Shown: positions 1-10,064 of the stretch, in pieces
Position numbering within the stretch: position 1 is the first letter of the stretch
Layout: the number at the start of each line of letters is the position of its first letter
From: Candidatus Natronoplasma sp.
GTDB lineage: Archaea > Thermoplasmatota > Thermoplasmata > Halarchaeoplasmatales > Halarchaeoplasmataceae
Direction: 5' to 3'
NCBI GenBank assembly: GCA_048621055.1
Contig: JBMCXO010000003.1
Coordinates: 1 to 34,243, forward strand
DNA: 34,243 nucleotides
Notes under the pieces: model-generated
Database searches by the model: none
The model's input: the letters and a program-made list of their open reading frames with translations, nothing else
Told to the model about the DNA's origin: nothing
Program-made: the position numbers and the translations under genes

Positions 1-2883
1 GATCCCACGGACAATCCATGGAGTGGTCAACGTAGCGGTGAGTATGATGGATTAAATGTTGAAGAAAATATACTTCTATTACCTGATCATAACGGAGTTG
101 AAGAAGGCACTTATGAATTGACGGTTAGTGCCCCCTATGTACAAGAAGGACCACAACCGTTCGCTGTTGTAGTAAGTGGTGGGGTTTCGGAAGAAGGCCC
201 TTCTATTGAAGTTACAAACCCTGAAGGCGGAGAGACATGGCAGTACGGGGATACGGAATCAATAGAGTGGTCAACTATTGAATACGAGCATCCAATAGAA
301 TCCGTTGATCTCGAATACAGCACAGATGACGGGGAATCATATACTGAGATCGCTACCGAATTAGAAGACACAGGAAGTTACGATTGGGAGATACCAGACG
401 TTACTTCCGACGAAGTCATCATCAGAGCAACCGTTCACGATGAAGGAGGATATAGCGGTAGTGACATAAGTGAGCAATTCACAATAGAAGGCAAACCGCC
501 TGATCCGCCTGAAAATCTTTCCGTACAACATGCGGATCTAACAGAAAGATGGCATTGGATGTACGATAAAGAACATAGAGCCGAGCCTGACTCTGGAGTA
601 GGAGTCGACTCACCGGGTCCATGGTACGGCGCTATGAGGAAAGAACTTCCTGAAGGAGAAATAACCGATATCGCTTATCATGACTTGGAAGAGGCTCATT
701 CTGTTCAAGGATATATCTATGAAGATGATGGAACTGAACCTGGAGAACTGTTGGGCGAAACCTATGAGATATCAAATTTAGGATATGATGAATGGCGTGA
801 ACTACCACTAAAGACTCCTATAGAAATAGAAGCCGGTCATTATTGGGTAGCTTTAGAAATAGATGACATAGGAGAGGATCATTACCCCTTCGGTGTCATG
901 GAGCCCTATCAGGAAGATTCAGGGTGGATCAGTTATGATGGGGAGGATTGGCTCCCTCTTGAAGACGAAGAGTTGGATTACAGTTGGGCTTTAGAAGTGA
1001 GAGTTCGAGAAACCGATGAGAATGACAACCTGGTCACGTGGGATGCAAGCCCGGACGACCCTGATAATGTGAGTCACTATAACCTTTACAGGTCAGATAA
1101 TAAAGATGGTCCGTGGGACGAACCTATTGATGACGTAAAAGTGGATGGATCTGATGATTACCAGTACATAGACCGCAACAAAGGTATGGCCGACGATACA
1201 TTCTGGTGGTACGTGGTTAGAGCTGTTGGTGAAAATGGTGTAGAAGAGGAAGATATAAAGGCAGAGCAGGAACCAGTCCGACCGTTCCAGGTTGAGATAG
1301 ACGTATATGACGATCCAGCTATCAAGGGGCAAGAGTTTTTACTCGACTATACAGTTACCAACATAGGAGATGGTAAGGCCACACAGACCATTGTTTTTAC
1401 AGCCGATAGGGATGTAAAAGAGGATGAAGAAGTTACTCTGGAAGAAGGCCAGAATCATCACGGAAATTTTACTTGGATACCTGAGGAGTTAGGGGCCAAT
1501 ACCCTCAAAATCGCCAGCGATGATCACAGTGATGGTGTGACTGTATCGGTGATAGAAGATGCGAACTTTGAGATAAGTATCCGTGAGTTAGACCGAGAGG
1601 TCATCGAAGGCGACTCTGTTTTTGTTCGATCCGATGTCGAAAACACTGGAGAGGTCAAGGATACCCAGAGAATCAGGTTCTCAGTCGATGGGGATATGAA
1701 AGATGAAAAAGAAGTCACCTTAGAAGGAGGAGATAACGAAACAGTCGAATTAAGTTGGGAGACAGAAAAAGGCTACGCCGGAAGATATGAGATAGAGGTG
1801 ACTAGTCAAGATGATAAGGAAGACGGACGGGTGGAGGTCTTCGAGGCAGACATATTTGCTGTTGATATAAGACCTCAGGAAAGAGAACTGGTCGAGGGAG
1901 AAGAAGTCGTAGTAAATTATACAGTTAGAAATACAAAAGAAGAGCAAGATACACAGGACATAAAGTTTACAGTTTACCACAGGGACGAAGTGGTACATGA
2001 GGAGGTAAAAGAGAATTTGACCATCTCGGAAAGGGAATACCATGAAGACACCTTCCAATGGCAGACTGAAGAAGGAGATGCTGGAAGATACGTGGTGGAA
2101 GTTTCTAGCCAGGATGACAAAGGTGATAGTAGGATATCAGTTTTTGAGGCCGATATCTTCGCTGTGGAAATCAGTATTCGTGATAGAGAAGTGGCTGAAG
2201 GAGAAGAATTAACGGTGAATTACACAGTTAGGAATACAAAAGAAGAACAAGATTCTCAAGAAATCAAATTCATCGTGTATGAATTCATAGGATCTGACGA
2301 AGAAGAAATAGTTTACGAGGATGTAGAAGAGAGTGTTACCATCCCAGCTGGAGAAAAGCACGAAGGTAGTTTTACATGGCAGACAGAGGAAGGAGATCAT
2401 CGTTTGGTGATCGCTAGTGAAGACGATGAGGATGATACTAGGATCACAGTTTTTCAGTCTGATATATTTGCTGTCAGTATGAACATCCGTGATAGAGAAG
2501 TGAGTGTTGGAGAAGAAGTCGTCATCGAGTACACCGTATTCAACACGAAAGAAGAAGAAGCGACTCAAGACATAAAATTGACTGTTTACCTAGAAGACGA
2601 GGTAGTCCTTGAAGATGTGAAAAATAGTGTGACTATCTCGGCAGGCGAAAAATACGAAGGTGAGTTCATCCTGCAGACTGAAGAATTAGAAGATGGAATA
2701 TATGAAGTGCAAATAAGCAGCGATGATCACAGTGAAATTCAAATGATAACTGTAGGGGAACCCGAAGAAAAAGATGAAGAATTGATCCCCGACCTCGGCT
2801 CACTACTGTGGGTTATCGTCATTTTTATAATAGCCATTATAATTGCTGCGATCTTAGTCGTGAAAGGATTCTACTTTGCTTGA
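1..2883 (+). CDS. C-terminal part of a large membrane-anchored, probably S8 (KP-43-like subtilase) surface protease with Ig-like/FN3 domains and five CARDB-like repeats; 5' end truncated by window edge
   Basis: Frame +1 is open from base 1 (DPTDNPWSGQRSGEYDGLNVEENILLLPDHNGVEEGTYELTVSAPYVQEGPQPFAVVVSG), resembling the C-terminal beta-barrel of KP-43-type subtilases (D..NNVE...G.Y.I.V.A.NV..GPQ.F). It is followed by a PxGGETW Ig-like domain, an FN3-like domain, five ~100-aa repeats and a C-terminal hydrophobic helix. The catalytic domain is not in the window, so protease activity is inferred. Confidence 0.7.
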   Translation, partial: DPTDNPWSGQRSGEYDGLNVEENILLLPDHNGVEEGTYELTVSAPYVQEGPQPFAVVVSGGVSEEGPSIEVTNPEGGETWQYGDTESIEWSTIEYEHPIESVDLEYSTDDGESYTEIATELEDTGSYDWEIPDVTSDEVIIRATVHDEGGYSGSDISEQFTIEGKPPDPPENLSVQHADLTERWHWMYDKEHRAEPDSGVGVDSPGPWYGAMRKELPEGEITDIAYHDLEEAHSVQGYIYEDDGTEPGELLGETYEISNLGYDEWRELPLKTPIEIEAGHYWVALEIDDIGEDHYPFGVMEPYQEDSGWISYDGEDWLPLEDEELDYSWALEVRVRETDENDNLVTWDASPDDPDNVSHYNLYRSDNKDGPWDEPIDDVKVDGSDDYQYIDRNKGMADDTFWWYVVRAVGENGVEEEDIKAEQEPVRPFQVEIDVYDDPAIKGQEFLLDYTVTNIGDGKATQTIVFTADRDVKEDEEVTLEEGQNHHGNFTWIPEELGANTLKIASDDHSDGVTVSVIEDANFEISIRELDREVIEGDSVFVRSDVENTGEVKDTQRIRFSVDGDMKDEKEVTLEGGDNETVELSWETEKGYAGRYEIEVTSQDDKEDGRVEVFEADIFAVDIRPQERELVEGEEVVVNYTVRNTKEEQDTQDIKFTVYHRDEVVHEEVKENLTISEREYHEDTFQWQTEEGDAGRYVVEVSSQDDKGDSRISVFEADIFAVEISIRDREVAEGEELTVNYTVRNTKEEQDSQEIKFIVYEFIGSDEEEIVYEDVEESVTIPAGEKHEGSFTWQTEEGDHRLVIASEDDEDDTRITVFQSDIFAVSMNIRDREVSVGEEVVIEYTVFNTKEEEATQDIKLTVYLEDEVVLEDVKNSVTISAGEKYEGEFILQTEELEDGIYEVQISSDDHSEIQMITVGEPEEKDEELIPDLGSLLWVIVIFIIAIIIAAILVVKGFYFA
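1282..2757 (+). repeat. Five tandem ~95-103-aa Ig-like (CARDB-type) coding repeats
   Basis: Repeated consensus F.V.I...DREV.EGEE..V.YTV.NT.EE.DTQ.I.F...FTWQTEEGD; units start near 1282, 1561, 1846, 2149 and 2458. DNA identity is visible, e.g. AATTATACAGTTAGAAATACAAAAGAAGAGCAAGAT (1915) vs AATTACACAGTTAGGAATACAAAAGAAGAACAAGAT (2218). Confidence 0.85.
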
Positions 2884-2903
2884 AGGAGTGATCTTTGAGC
2901 GAT

Positions 2904-4112
2904 TCATTCTAGCCAGTCAGCCTCAACTTTTGAAAGCTGGTCTAATAAGTGGTTTCTGATCTCATCTGGTTCTGGATATTCACCGATTATTTCGCCGTCC
3001 TCCATGACCTTTTCTAGCATGGGTTCCATCTCAGAACCGCAGTCACATTCTGGTTTTTTTTCTTCTTCCCAGCTCTCCATCTTGAAGGTGAAACATTCAG
3101 GACAGCGGTAAACCTGTTTTTTACCGCTGAATTTCCCTCTCTTTGCGACCATCTCTTCCTCTTTCTCTACTATATCCATGGCAAAGTTGACAGTTCGCGC
3201 ATTGGATATAGAAGTTCCAACACCGAACGAATCGACTCCAGCTTTTTTGAGTTTTGGTATATAGTATTCATCCATGCCCCCTGAGCAGATTATCTTAGCC
3301 TCCACACCTCTTTTTTCGAGTTCCCACCTTACTTCCTGTGCTATCTTCCCGAGATCTCCTCTGCGTGAGGATGGTGTGTCCAACCGAACACCGAAAAGAT
3401 TTTCGCCCATAGCTTCAGCAGCCATGAAAGATTCCGTCGTCTCGTCGTAATATGTGTCCACAAGTGCGATACGCGATATATCTTCCGGTAAAGCAGCGTC
3501 AAAAGCTTCAAACGCTTTTTTTGGTTCGTCAAAGATTATGGTCAGCGCGTGAGGCATGGTCCCCTGTGGCTCCACACCGACTTCTTCCGCCCCGGCTATA
3601 CACGAAATGCCGTCGCATCCGCCGATGTAAGCGGCTCTATCGATGACAGGCGCGATTCCAGGATGCATTCTCCTTATACCAAATGACATGATAGTGCTTT
3701 CGCCGGCGACCTTCTTGACCCTTGCCGATTTTGTCGCTATACCGCTTGGATGACACACGAATCCGAGTATCGGAGTCTCATATATACAGAATTCTTTGTA
3801 AGGCCCCTCTATCCAAAATACAGGAGTGAATATTCCCTCGTCTCCTTCAGTTCTAAATATAGTTCCTTCGGGCATAGAATAGATATCTATGTTTTTACCT
3901 TCAAGTAGATGTAGTACCTCATCTAAACCACAAAATACAGCCCAGTTCCAATCTGAAGGAAGGGAAGAGGCGGTGAATTCAGCAACGACCCTTTCTTCTC
4001 CCACGCCTTCATTCTCGAAGATGTCCATCGCATTTTTGAAATATATATCAGTGGTCTTTCCTTTTTTTATCTCATCTTCGCTAGCTAGATGAAAACCACT
4101 TTGCTCATCCAT
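2904..4112 (-). CDS. pncB: Nicotinate phosphoribosyltransferase (archaeal type, C-terminal Zn knuckle)
   Basis: TDIYF, SFGIRRMHP, GTMPHAL, LVDTY, GVRLDTPSSRRG and SGG...FGVGT motifs, plus a C-terminal CPEC...CDCG. Start placed at ATG 4112 (MDEQ). Confidence 0.92.
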   Translation of the reverse strand: MDEQSGFHLASEDEIKKGKTTDIYFKNAMDIFENEGVGEERVVAEFTASSLPSDWNWAVFCGLDEVLHLLEGKNIDIYSMPEGTIFRTEGDEGIFTPVFWIEGPYKEFCIYETPILGFVCHPSGIATKSARVKKVAGESTIMSFGIRRMHPGIAPVIDRAAYIGGCDGISCIAGAEEVGVEPQGTMPHALTIIFDEPKKAFEAFDAALPEDISRIALVDTYYDETTESFMAAEAMGENLFGVRLDTPSSRRGDLGKIAQEVRWELEKRGVEAKIICSGGMDEYYIPKLKKAGVDSFGVGTSISNARTVNFAMDIVEKEEEMVAKRGKFSGKKQVYRCPECFTFKMESWEEEKKPECDCGSEMEPMLEKVMEDGEIIGEYPEPDEIRNHLLDQLSKVEADWLE

Positions 4113-4202
4113 ATTTATTCTTAGATTAATTCTATTTATTAGTGTTTTGGTCCTCAATTATATCGTTCGCTTCAATGATCTTGTCTTTCAAGTAATTTTG
4201 TT

Positions 4203-4793
4203 TCAGTCCGGCGGTTGAATCTGTGAGATTATATCTTTTATCTCTTCTGAATATGAGTCGGAATTCTCAAGTTTGATCAGAGAGATAAGAAACTTGATCT
4301 GCATCAATGAAAAAAAATCCATCTCAACATCATCGTCGAGTGACTTAGACAATTCTTTGTTTACTTCTTTATCGAGTTCGTAAAAGTGGTAAGATATCTT
4401 TTTAACAACATCTTCTTTTTCAACCTCATAACCTACTTCTTCTAGTATATCCAAAAATTCCTTGACTTTATCATCACTCCACCTGATACCAATAGTGGAT
4501 GTTCTATCTGATCTTATGGGTTCTGGGGTCATCAAAAAAACATCGGCCGTTCTTCCATAGATCCTCTCTGGGATGTGGTGTTTCTTTCTTTCACCTTTGA
4601 CCTCTATGAAACCTGCCTCCTCCAGTTTTTTGATGTGTCTGTACACAGTGGATTGATCTTTTCCCAGAGCCTCAGATGCCTGAGAGATCGTCATATCTTT
4701 GACCTTCAAAAGTTCTAAGATCTGCTTTCTGGTGCTTTCCAGGCCGACCTTTAAGGTTTCGGAGTCCTCAAACAGTTTTATCTCGGGAGACAT
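4203..4793 (-). CDS. ArsR-like winged-helix transcriptional regulator
   Basis: TRKQILELLKVKDMTISQASEALGKDQSTVYRHIKKLEEAGFI HTH followed by YGRTA, typical of archaeal ArsR-like regulators. Confidence 0.85.
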   Translation of the reverse strand: MSPEIKLFEDSETLKVGLESTRKQILELLKVKDMTISQASEALGKDQSTVYRHIKKLEEAGFIEVKGERKKHHIPERIYGRTADVFLMTPEPIRSDRTSTIGIRWSDDKVKEFLDILEEVGYEVEKEDVVKKISYHFYELDKEVNKELSKSLDDDVEMDFFSLMQIKFLISLIKLENSDSYSEEIKDIISQIQPPD

Positions 4794-4859
4794 CTCAAAA
4801 GCTATTAGTTATCAAATCGGAAAAGAGATATATAACTTGGGGCGATATACCATGAAAAC

Positions 4860-5108
4860 TCATCCTTCCCAATCCACCTCTTCATTTTCTTCAGTTATCT
4901 TCTTTATCTTCTTTATCTTGGCTTCGGCCTCTTCTAGCTTCTCCTCACAGTACTCTATAAGTTCCATCCCATGTTGATAAAGTTCTATCGCTCTCTCTAA
5001 TGGAACTTTGTTCCTCTCAAGCTTTTTGTTTATCTTTTCCAATCTTTCTAGAGCTTCTTCAAAACCTAGTTCTTTTACATCTTCTATTTCCTCAAATTCT
5101 TCTGACAT
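4860..5108 (-). CDS. xseB: Exodeoxyribonuclease VII small subunit
   Basis: FEEALERLEKI..KLE...VPLERAIELYQHGMELIEYCEEKLEEAE motif; directly downstream of and overlapping xseA. Confidence 0.93.
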   Translation of the reverse strand: MSEEFEEIEDVKELGFEEALERLEKINKKLERNKVPLERAIELYQHGMELIEYCEEKLEEAEAKIKKIKKITEENEEVDWEG

Positions 5109-6337
5109 CTTTCAACCTCCTCCGTCTCGGCTTTTATCTCACCATCAACAAGGTTTATCCTCAATATATCTTCGATACTCACCTCATCCACACTGGTGAT
5201 CACTTCATTTTCTTCGTTCATGACGATAGAGTAGCCTCTCTTCATGGTCTGTATCGGACTCAATGCTTTAAGTCTATCTCTCTGTCCGTTTAACTCCTGA
5301 CCATATGTTTCTAGATATCTATCCAAAGTTATGTCGAGTCTCTCTATATTTTCATCAAGTTTCTGATAACGCTCTTCCAAAATCCTTTCTGGTTTCGTAA
5401 AAACCGGACTATCGGCAAAACTTTCTAGTCTATCTCTATAACTCACGATCAAATTATTTAAAGCGGTTCTAGCTCTTCTTTCCTGCTGCAAGACCTTCTG
5501 TTTTAACTCCGTTTTGATCGGAACCACCAATTCCGCCGCTCCTGTAGGGGTCGGTGCTCTCGCATCCGCAACAAAATCGGATATCAAGAAGTCAGTTTCA
5601 TGACCTACAGCGGAAACGATAGGTGTTTCGGATTCGAAGATGGCTCTAGCTACTATTTCTTCGTTGAAACTCCATAAATCTTCTATAGAGCCTCCTCCCC
5701 GACCGATTATTATGACATCCATCTCCATCCTATCAAGTCTCTGGATAGACTCAACTATATTTTCTGCGGATCCCTCGCCCTGGACCTGCGTGGGAACGAC
5801 AAATATCTCTACATTTTCAAAACGATCTTTCAACACTCTCAACATGTCTCTCAATGCCGCGCCTTCGCTTGAGGTCACTATCCCTACTTTTTGCGGCAAA
5901 AAAGGTAACTTTCGTTTGTGTTCATCGTCGAAAAGACCTTCCTCCGATAATTTTTCTTTCAATTTTTCGTAGGCTAGATAAAGTTCGCCTATACCGCCGA
6001 CCATCATCTCTTTCACGACGAGTTGATACTGCCCCCGTTGGATATACAGGCCTATATCGCCTCTACACAGCACTTCCATGCCTTCCTCCGGTTCGAAATC
6101 CAGATCCTTGTTCTTAGATCTGAACATAACGCTGCTGATCTCGCTAGTGTCATCTTTTAAAACGAAATACATGTGCCTTCTATCGTGATGTTTAAAATTT
6201 GATATCTCGCCTTTGACCCATACGTTTTGTATCTCATCCTCTCTTTGGAGGAGAGAGTTGACGTAATGGTTCAGCCCGGAAACGGAATATATCTTTTGAT
6301 CCAAGTCTTTTTCCTTGTCGATTTTGGTTTGCTTCAT
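5084..6337 (-). CDS. xseA: Exodeoxyribonuclease VII large subunit
   Basis: VWVKGEISNF, HMYFVLKD, GRGGGSIEDLWSFNEE, SAVGHETD and RAPTPTGAAE motifs. Start placed at ATG 6337. Confidence 0.95.
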   Translation of the reverse strand: MKQTKIDKEKDLDQKIYSVSGLNHYVNSLLQREDEIQNVWVKGEISNFKHHDRRHMYFVLKDDTSEISSVMFRSKNKDLDFEPEEGMEVLCRGDIGLYIQRGQYQLVVKEMMVGGIGELYLAYEKLKEKLSEEGLFDDEHKRKLPFLPQKVGIVTSSEGAALRDMLRVLKDRFENVEIFVVPTQVQGEGSAENIVESIQRLDRMEMDVIIIGRGGGSIEDLWSFNEEIVARAIFESETPIVSAVGHETDFLISDFVADARAPTPTGAAELVVPIKTELKQKVLQQERRARTALNNLIVSYRDRLESFADSPVFTKPERILEERYQKLDENIERLDITLDRYLETYGQELNGQRDRLKALSPIQTMKRGYSIVMNEENEVITSVDEVSIEDILRINLVDGEIKAETEEVERCQKNLRK

Positions 6338-6433
6338 CCATAATCGTATCGATTGTAAAATATTTAAAATTGTGCAAGAGGGGGGCAATTAAAAGTGAGA
6401 AAATACTAATATCGCTTGAACACCTTTAAAAAT

Positions 6434-6958
6434 ATGACGATCGCATTGACCGGGACTCCTGGGGTCGGTAAAACCACAGTTTCGAAAGTTCTAGTACGAA
6501 GAGGATATGATATCGTGGACCTGAATAATTTCATCAAAGAAAAAGGTCTCATTGGTGATAAAGACCCCGAAAGGGATGCCTTCGAAGTAGATATAGAGTG
6601 TTTGAAGGACATATATCACAGCGAGAATTTAGATCCAGATATGGTCGAGGGTCATCTTGCTCATCACCTTTCGTTGTCGCCTACGGTGGTCTTGAGATGT
6701 TCTCCTTCTGAGCTGGAGGAAAGGATGAAAAATAAGGGATGGAACGAACCTAAGATAAAGGAAAATCTTGAAGCCGAAATGTTGGATACCATCCTCATCG
6801 AAGCTCTTGAGTTTTGTGAGGATGTGTTCGAGATAGATACGACCGGTAAAGAGCCAGAACATGTTGCTTCAGCTATAGAAAACATCATAGATGGAGAAGT
6901 TGAAAGATACGAACCGGGATCTGTCGATTGGAGCGAAGAACTCTTTTTGAGGCAATAG
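6434..6958 (+). CDS. Archaeal AK6/Fap7-type adenylate kinase / nucleotide kinase
   Basis: Walker A GTPGVGKTT, VEGHLAH motif and LRC.P.EL..R...KGW...KI.EN.EAE. Start placed at ATG 6434. Confidence 0.88.
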   Translation: MTIALTGTPGVGKTTVSKVLVRRGYDIVDLNNFIKEKGLIGDKDPERDAFEVDIECLKDIYHSENLDPDMVEGHLAHHLSLSPTVVLRCSPSELEERMKNKGWNEPKIKENLEAEMLDTILIEALEFCEDVFEIDTTGKEPEHVASAIENIIDGEVERYEPGSVDWSEELFLRQ

Positions 6959-6988
6959 ATTTTATTACTTGAATTTATTTATGAAACT

Positions 6989-7621
6989 ATGGTATTGAAC
7001 AAATACCGAGAACAAGCCGATTCAATCTTAGGGCCTATCGCAAAAAAATTTAAGATCCTGGACCCAAACGTTATCTCCTTCTTTTCTTTGATATTTGCTT
7101 TATTTGCGGGGATATCTTTCTATCTCTCTCATGAGTCTTTGTACGTCCTATCAGGAGGTTTATTCGTCCTTTTGAACTCTCTTTTTGACGCTTTAGACGG
7201 TAAAGTAGCAAAGATAACGGGAAAAGATTCGAGGAGGGGAGACTTCTTGGATCATACTATCGATCGATACTCGGATATTTTCATACTTTTAGGGATCATT
7301 CTAGGCCCCTTATCCAGGACATGGTTAGGCGTTTTCGCTATCATCGGAGTGTTGATGACCAGTTATATGGGAACTCAAGCAGATGCTGTTGGAGTTTCTC
7401 GGGATTACGGCGGTATAGCCGGAAGGGCTGAACGTTTGCTGCTCCTGATACTCTTTTCTTTCCTCTATTTTTTCCTTTTCGAAACCGGATGGACAAGCTT
7501 TCAACTATTCGACTTTGAATTAGGATTATTCGAACTGTTGATGATCTGGTTCGCAGTAGCTGGCAACCTCACAGCCTTATTCAGAGGTATAAACAGCTGG
7601 TCTGATCTGAGTGAAAGATGA
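6989..7621 (+). CDS. CDP-alcohol phosphatidyltransferase (archaetidylinositol-phosphate synthase / PgsA-like)
   Basis: DALDGKVAK...SRRGDFLDHTIDRYSD matches the DxxDGxxAR...GxxxDxxxD signature; multiple TM helices. Confidence 0.9.
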   Translation: MVLNKYREQADSILGPIAKKFKILDPNVISFFSLIFALFAGISFYLSHESLYVLSGGLFVLLNSLFDALDGKVAKITGKDSRRGDFLDHTIDRYSDIFILLGIILGPLSRTWLGVFAIIGVLMTSYMGTQADAVGVSRDYGGIAGRAERLLLLILFSFLYFFLFETGWTSFQLFDFELGLFELLMIWFAVAGNLTALFRGINSWSDLSER

Positions 7622-8683
7622 TCAATCCTCATCTTTTTGTTTTTCACTCTCATCTTTCTTCTTGATGGAATAATAGCTCAAGGGATGTGTCATCCAATCC
7701 TGTTCACATAAAGAATCCGGGTTAAAACATATGCCGTTCGTCTTCATGGTATCGCACCCCGGTGGGTTATATTCTGTTCCGGATATCTCTCCTATTATAT
7801 GCTGTATCTGGTATGATGCCAGGTCTACATCAAAATCTGGTGCCTCCCTGAAGATATCTACGATCTCGTCTTCTGATAGACCTACCTTCTTCAGGAACGC
7901 TGTAAGAGCGAATCTTCCCTCGTGGGAAAGATTAACACCCTCTTTTTGCCCGGCTAATAATTTTCTGATACAGGGCGGAAACAACGCCGTCTCGACCTCA
8001 CCCATATCAACCTCTTCCATCTCAGTCCTCACACTTTCTAGTTCCTCTTTTATCTCTTCGAGTTCACTGTCAAACTGTTCTAGAATCCTGTCTGAAGTTG
8101 GTGCTGGTAACCCCTCTGATATCACCGAAGACACTTTCTCTTTGAGTATTCGAACGAACTTTCTTTTTCCTAAATATACACGCCCCTTTCTTAAGTCCTG
8201 ATTGACGAGTTTCCATCCTGATGACCTCAGCCTTTCGCTACTCTCAAGATAATCTACGAAGTGAACAGCGAACCCATCTTCTCTTTTATCAACATCAAAA
8301 TCCAATTTTGAAGAAAGTCTCAATATCTTTTCGTCATTTTCTCGGAAAAGTTCCTCGCTCACCCTTTCGGCTTCTCCCAATGTGTATCTTCTCAAAAGAT
8401 AATCGTCTCCAATCGAGGATACCAACATCCTCGCTATAGGGTAAGAGAACAGCTCTTCCTCCTGTTCTATCTCTCCACCGAGGTCTCTGATACGGACACG
8501 TCCCTCGATCAAAGTCTGCAGAACTCTTTCTTTGCCTCTCTTTCTAGCCTCACCCCAAAGCCTATCCTGGATAAGTTCCTCGAATGATGGCCCCTCCTCT
8601 TTTATATATTCCTTCGCATCTCCTATGAATGGATATTTTGCCATATCTTTCAAATTCCAATCGCTGTCAGGAGGGGGAACCAT
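7622..8683 (-). CDS. priL: DNA primase large subunit
   Basis: AKYPF, FPPCIRKL, NLSHEGRFALTAFL, YQIQHI and YNPPGCDTMKTNGIC...C (Fe-S cysteines). Start ATG 8683 is preferred because a TTAAGTA box lies ~25-30 nt upstream; 8719 is also possible. Confidence 0.92.
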   Translation of the reverse strand: MVPPPDSDWNLKDMAKYPFIGDAKEYIKEEGPSFEELIQDRLWGEARKRGKERVLQTLIEGRVRIRDLGGEIEQEEELFSYPIARMLVSSIGDDYLLRRYTLGEAERVSEELFRENDEKILRLSSKLDFDVDKREDGFAVHFVDYLESSERLRSSGWKLVNQDLRKGRVYLGKRKFVRILKEKVSSVISEGLPAPTSDRILEQFDSELEEIKEELESVRTEMEEVDMGEVETALFPPCIRKLLAGQKEGVNLSHEGRFALTAFLKKVGLSEDEIVDIFREAPDFDVDLASYQIQHIIGEISGTEYNPPGCDTMKTNGICFNPDSLCEQDWMTHPLSYYSIKKKDESEKQKDED

Positions 8684-8797
8684 CTTATCGAATAAGATGG
8701 ATAACGGGTACTTAACCATTTTCTTTTGTCTTTTGAATCAAAAAACGCACGATAAAGTTTTAATCTTAGCCTTTGGGTAATGATAAGAGTGATAGAG

Positions 8798-10045
8798 ATG
8801 AGCGAGATCATATCAGTAGAGGCAAGAGAGATTTTAGATTCAAGAGGTAATCCTACCGTAGAGGCAGTTGTAAAAACCACTGAAAGCGCTGGTAGGGCCG
8901 CTGTCCCCTCCGGGGCATCTACCGGTTCAAACGAGGCATTGGAGTTAAGAGATGGAGAGAAAAGATATAGAGGTAAAGGTGTACAAAATGCAGTAGAAAA
9001 TATCAGAAATACGATAGCACATGAACTCGTCGGCGAAAGCATAGTCGAACAGGCCTACATGGATAAAAAGATGATAGAGTTAGATGGAAGTGAAGATAAA
9101 AGCAACCTAGGAGCTAATGCGATATTGGCTGTTTCTCTTGCTACTGCTAGGGCAGGGGCTTCTTTTTTAGAGACGCCTCTATTCAAGTACCTGGGCAGGA
9201 TAAACGATCTAACTTTGCCCGTACCTTTCATGAACGTTCTCAACGGCGGAGAACATGCGGGCAATGACTTGGACATACAAGAATATATGATCGCCCCAGT
9301 AGGGGCGGAGAGCTTCAAAGAGGGTCTGAGGATCGGTACGGAAACCTATCACGCCCTAGGAAAAATACTCGAAAAGAGATACGGCCCCGCAGCAACGAAT
9401 TTGGGTGATGAAGGCGGCTATGCACCTCCACTTGAAGACCCGATCGAACCTTTCGAGCTGATGATGGAAGCGATAGAAAAATGCGGCTATGATAGAGAGA
9501 TAAAGCTCGCAATAGATACCGCCGCTACTGAGCTAAGAACTCCCAAGGGTTATGAATCCGGCGGTGAGGTACTCAGTACTGAGGAGATGATAGAATTTTA
9601 CGAAAGGATGGTCGAAGATTATCCACTCATTTCGATAGAAGATCCTCTAGATGAAGGAGACTGGAACGGTTTCATAGAGTTTACCAAAAGGTGTGGTGAC
9701 GAGATACAGATAGTGGGAGACGATCTTTTTGTGAGTAATCCTGAATTGATAAAGAGAGGTATAGAAGAAGGTGCCTGTAATTCAGTGTTGTTGAAGGTCA
9801 ATCAGATCGGTTCTCTTACCGAGGCGATGAATGCCGCATCGTTAGCTTTTGAACATGGTTACAACATCATGGTTTCTCACCGATCCGGAGAGACAACCGA
9901 TGATTTCATCGCTGATCTAGCAGTAGCCTTATCTTCGGGGCAGATAAAGACTGGAGCCCCTTCAAGAGGGGAAAGAACGGCAAAATACAACCGGTTATTG
10001 AGGATAGAGGAGAAGCTCGAGGGTGTAGGGAAATACGGTTTCTAG
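8798..10045 (+). CDS. eno: Enolase (phosphopyruvate hydratase)
   Basis: REILDSRGNPTVE, VPSGASTG, GDEGG, IEDP, VGDDL, LLKVNQIG and SHRSGET motifs. Confidence 0.98.
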   Translation: MSEIISVEAREILDSRGNPTVEAVVKTTESAGRAAVPSGASTGSNEALELRDGEKRYRGKGVQNAVENIRNTIAHELVGESIVEQAYMDKKMIELDGSEDKSNLGANAILAVSLATARAGASFLETPLFKYLGRINDLTLPVPFMNVLNGGEHAGNDLDIQEYMIAPVGAESFKEGLRIGTETYHALGKILEKRYGPAATNLGDEGGYAPPLEDPIEPFELMMEAIEKCGYDREIKLAIDTAATELRTPKGYESGGEVLSTEEMIEFYERMVEDYPLISIEDPLDEGDWNGFIEFTKRCGDEIQIVGDDLFVSNPELIKRGIEEGACNSVLLKVNQIGSLTEAMNAASLAFEHGYNIMVSHRSGETTDDFIADLAVALSSGQIKTGAPSRGERTAKYNRLLRIEEKLEGVGKYGF

Positions 10046-10064
10046 GAAAAATCATTCTACTTAA

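Noticed and set aside
3010-3110. Zn-finger-like C-terminus of PncB as a novelty
   Set aside because: A C-terminal zinc-knuckle-like domain is already known in Thermoplasma-type NAPRTases.
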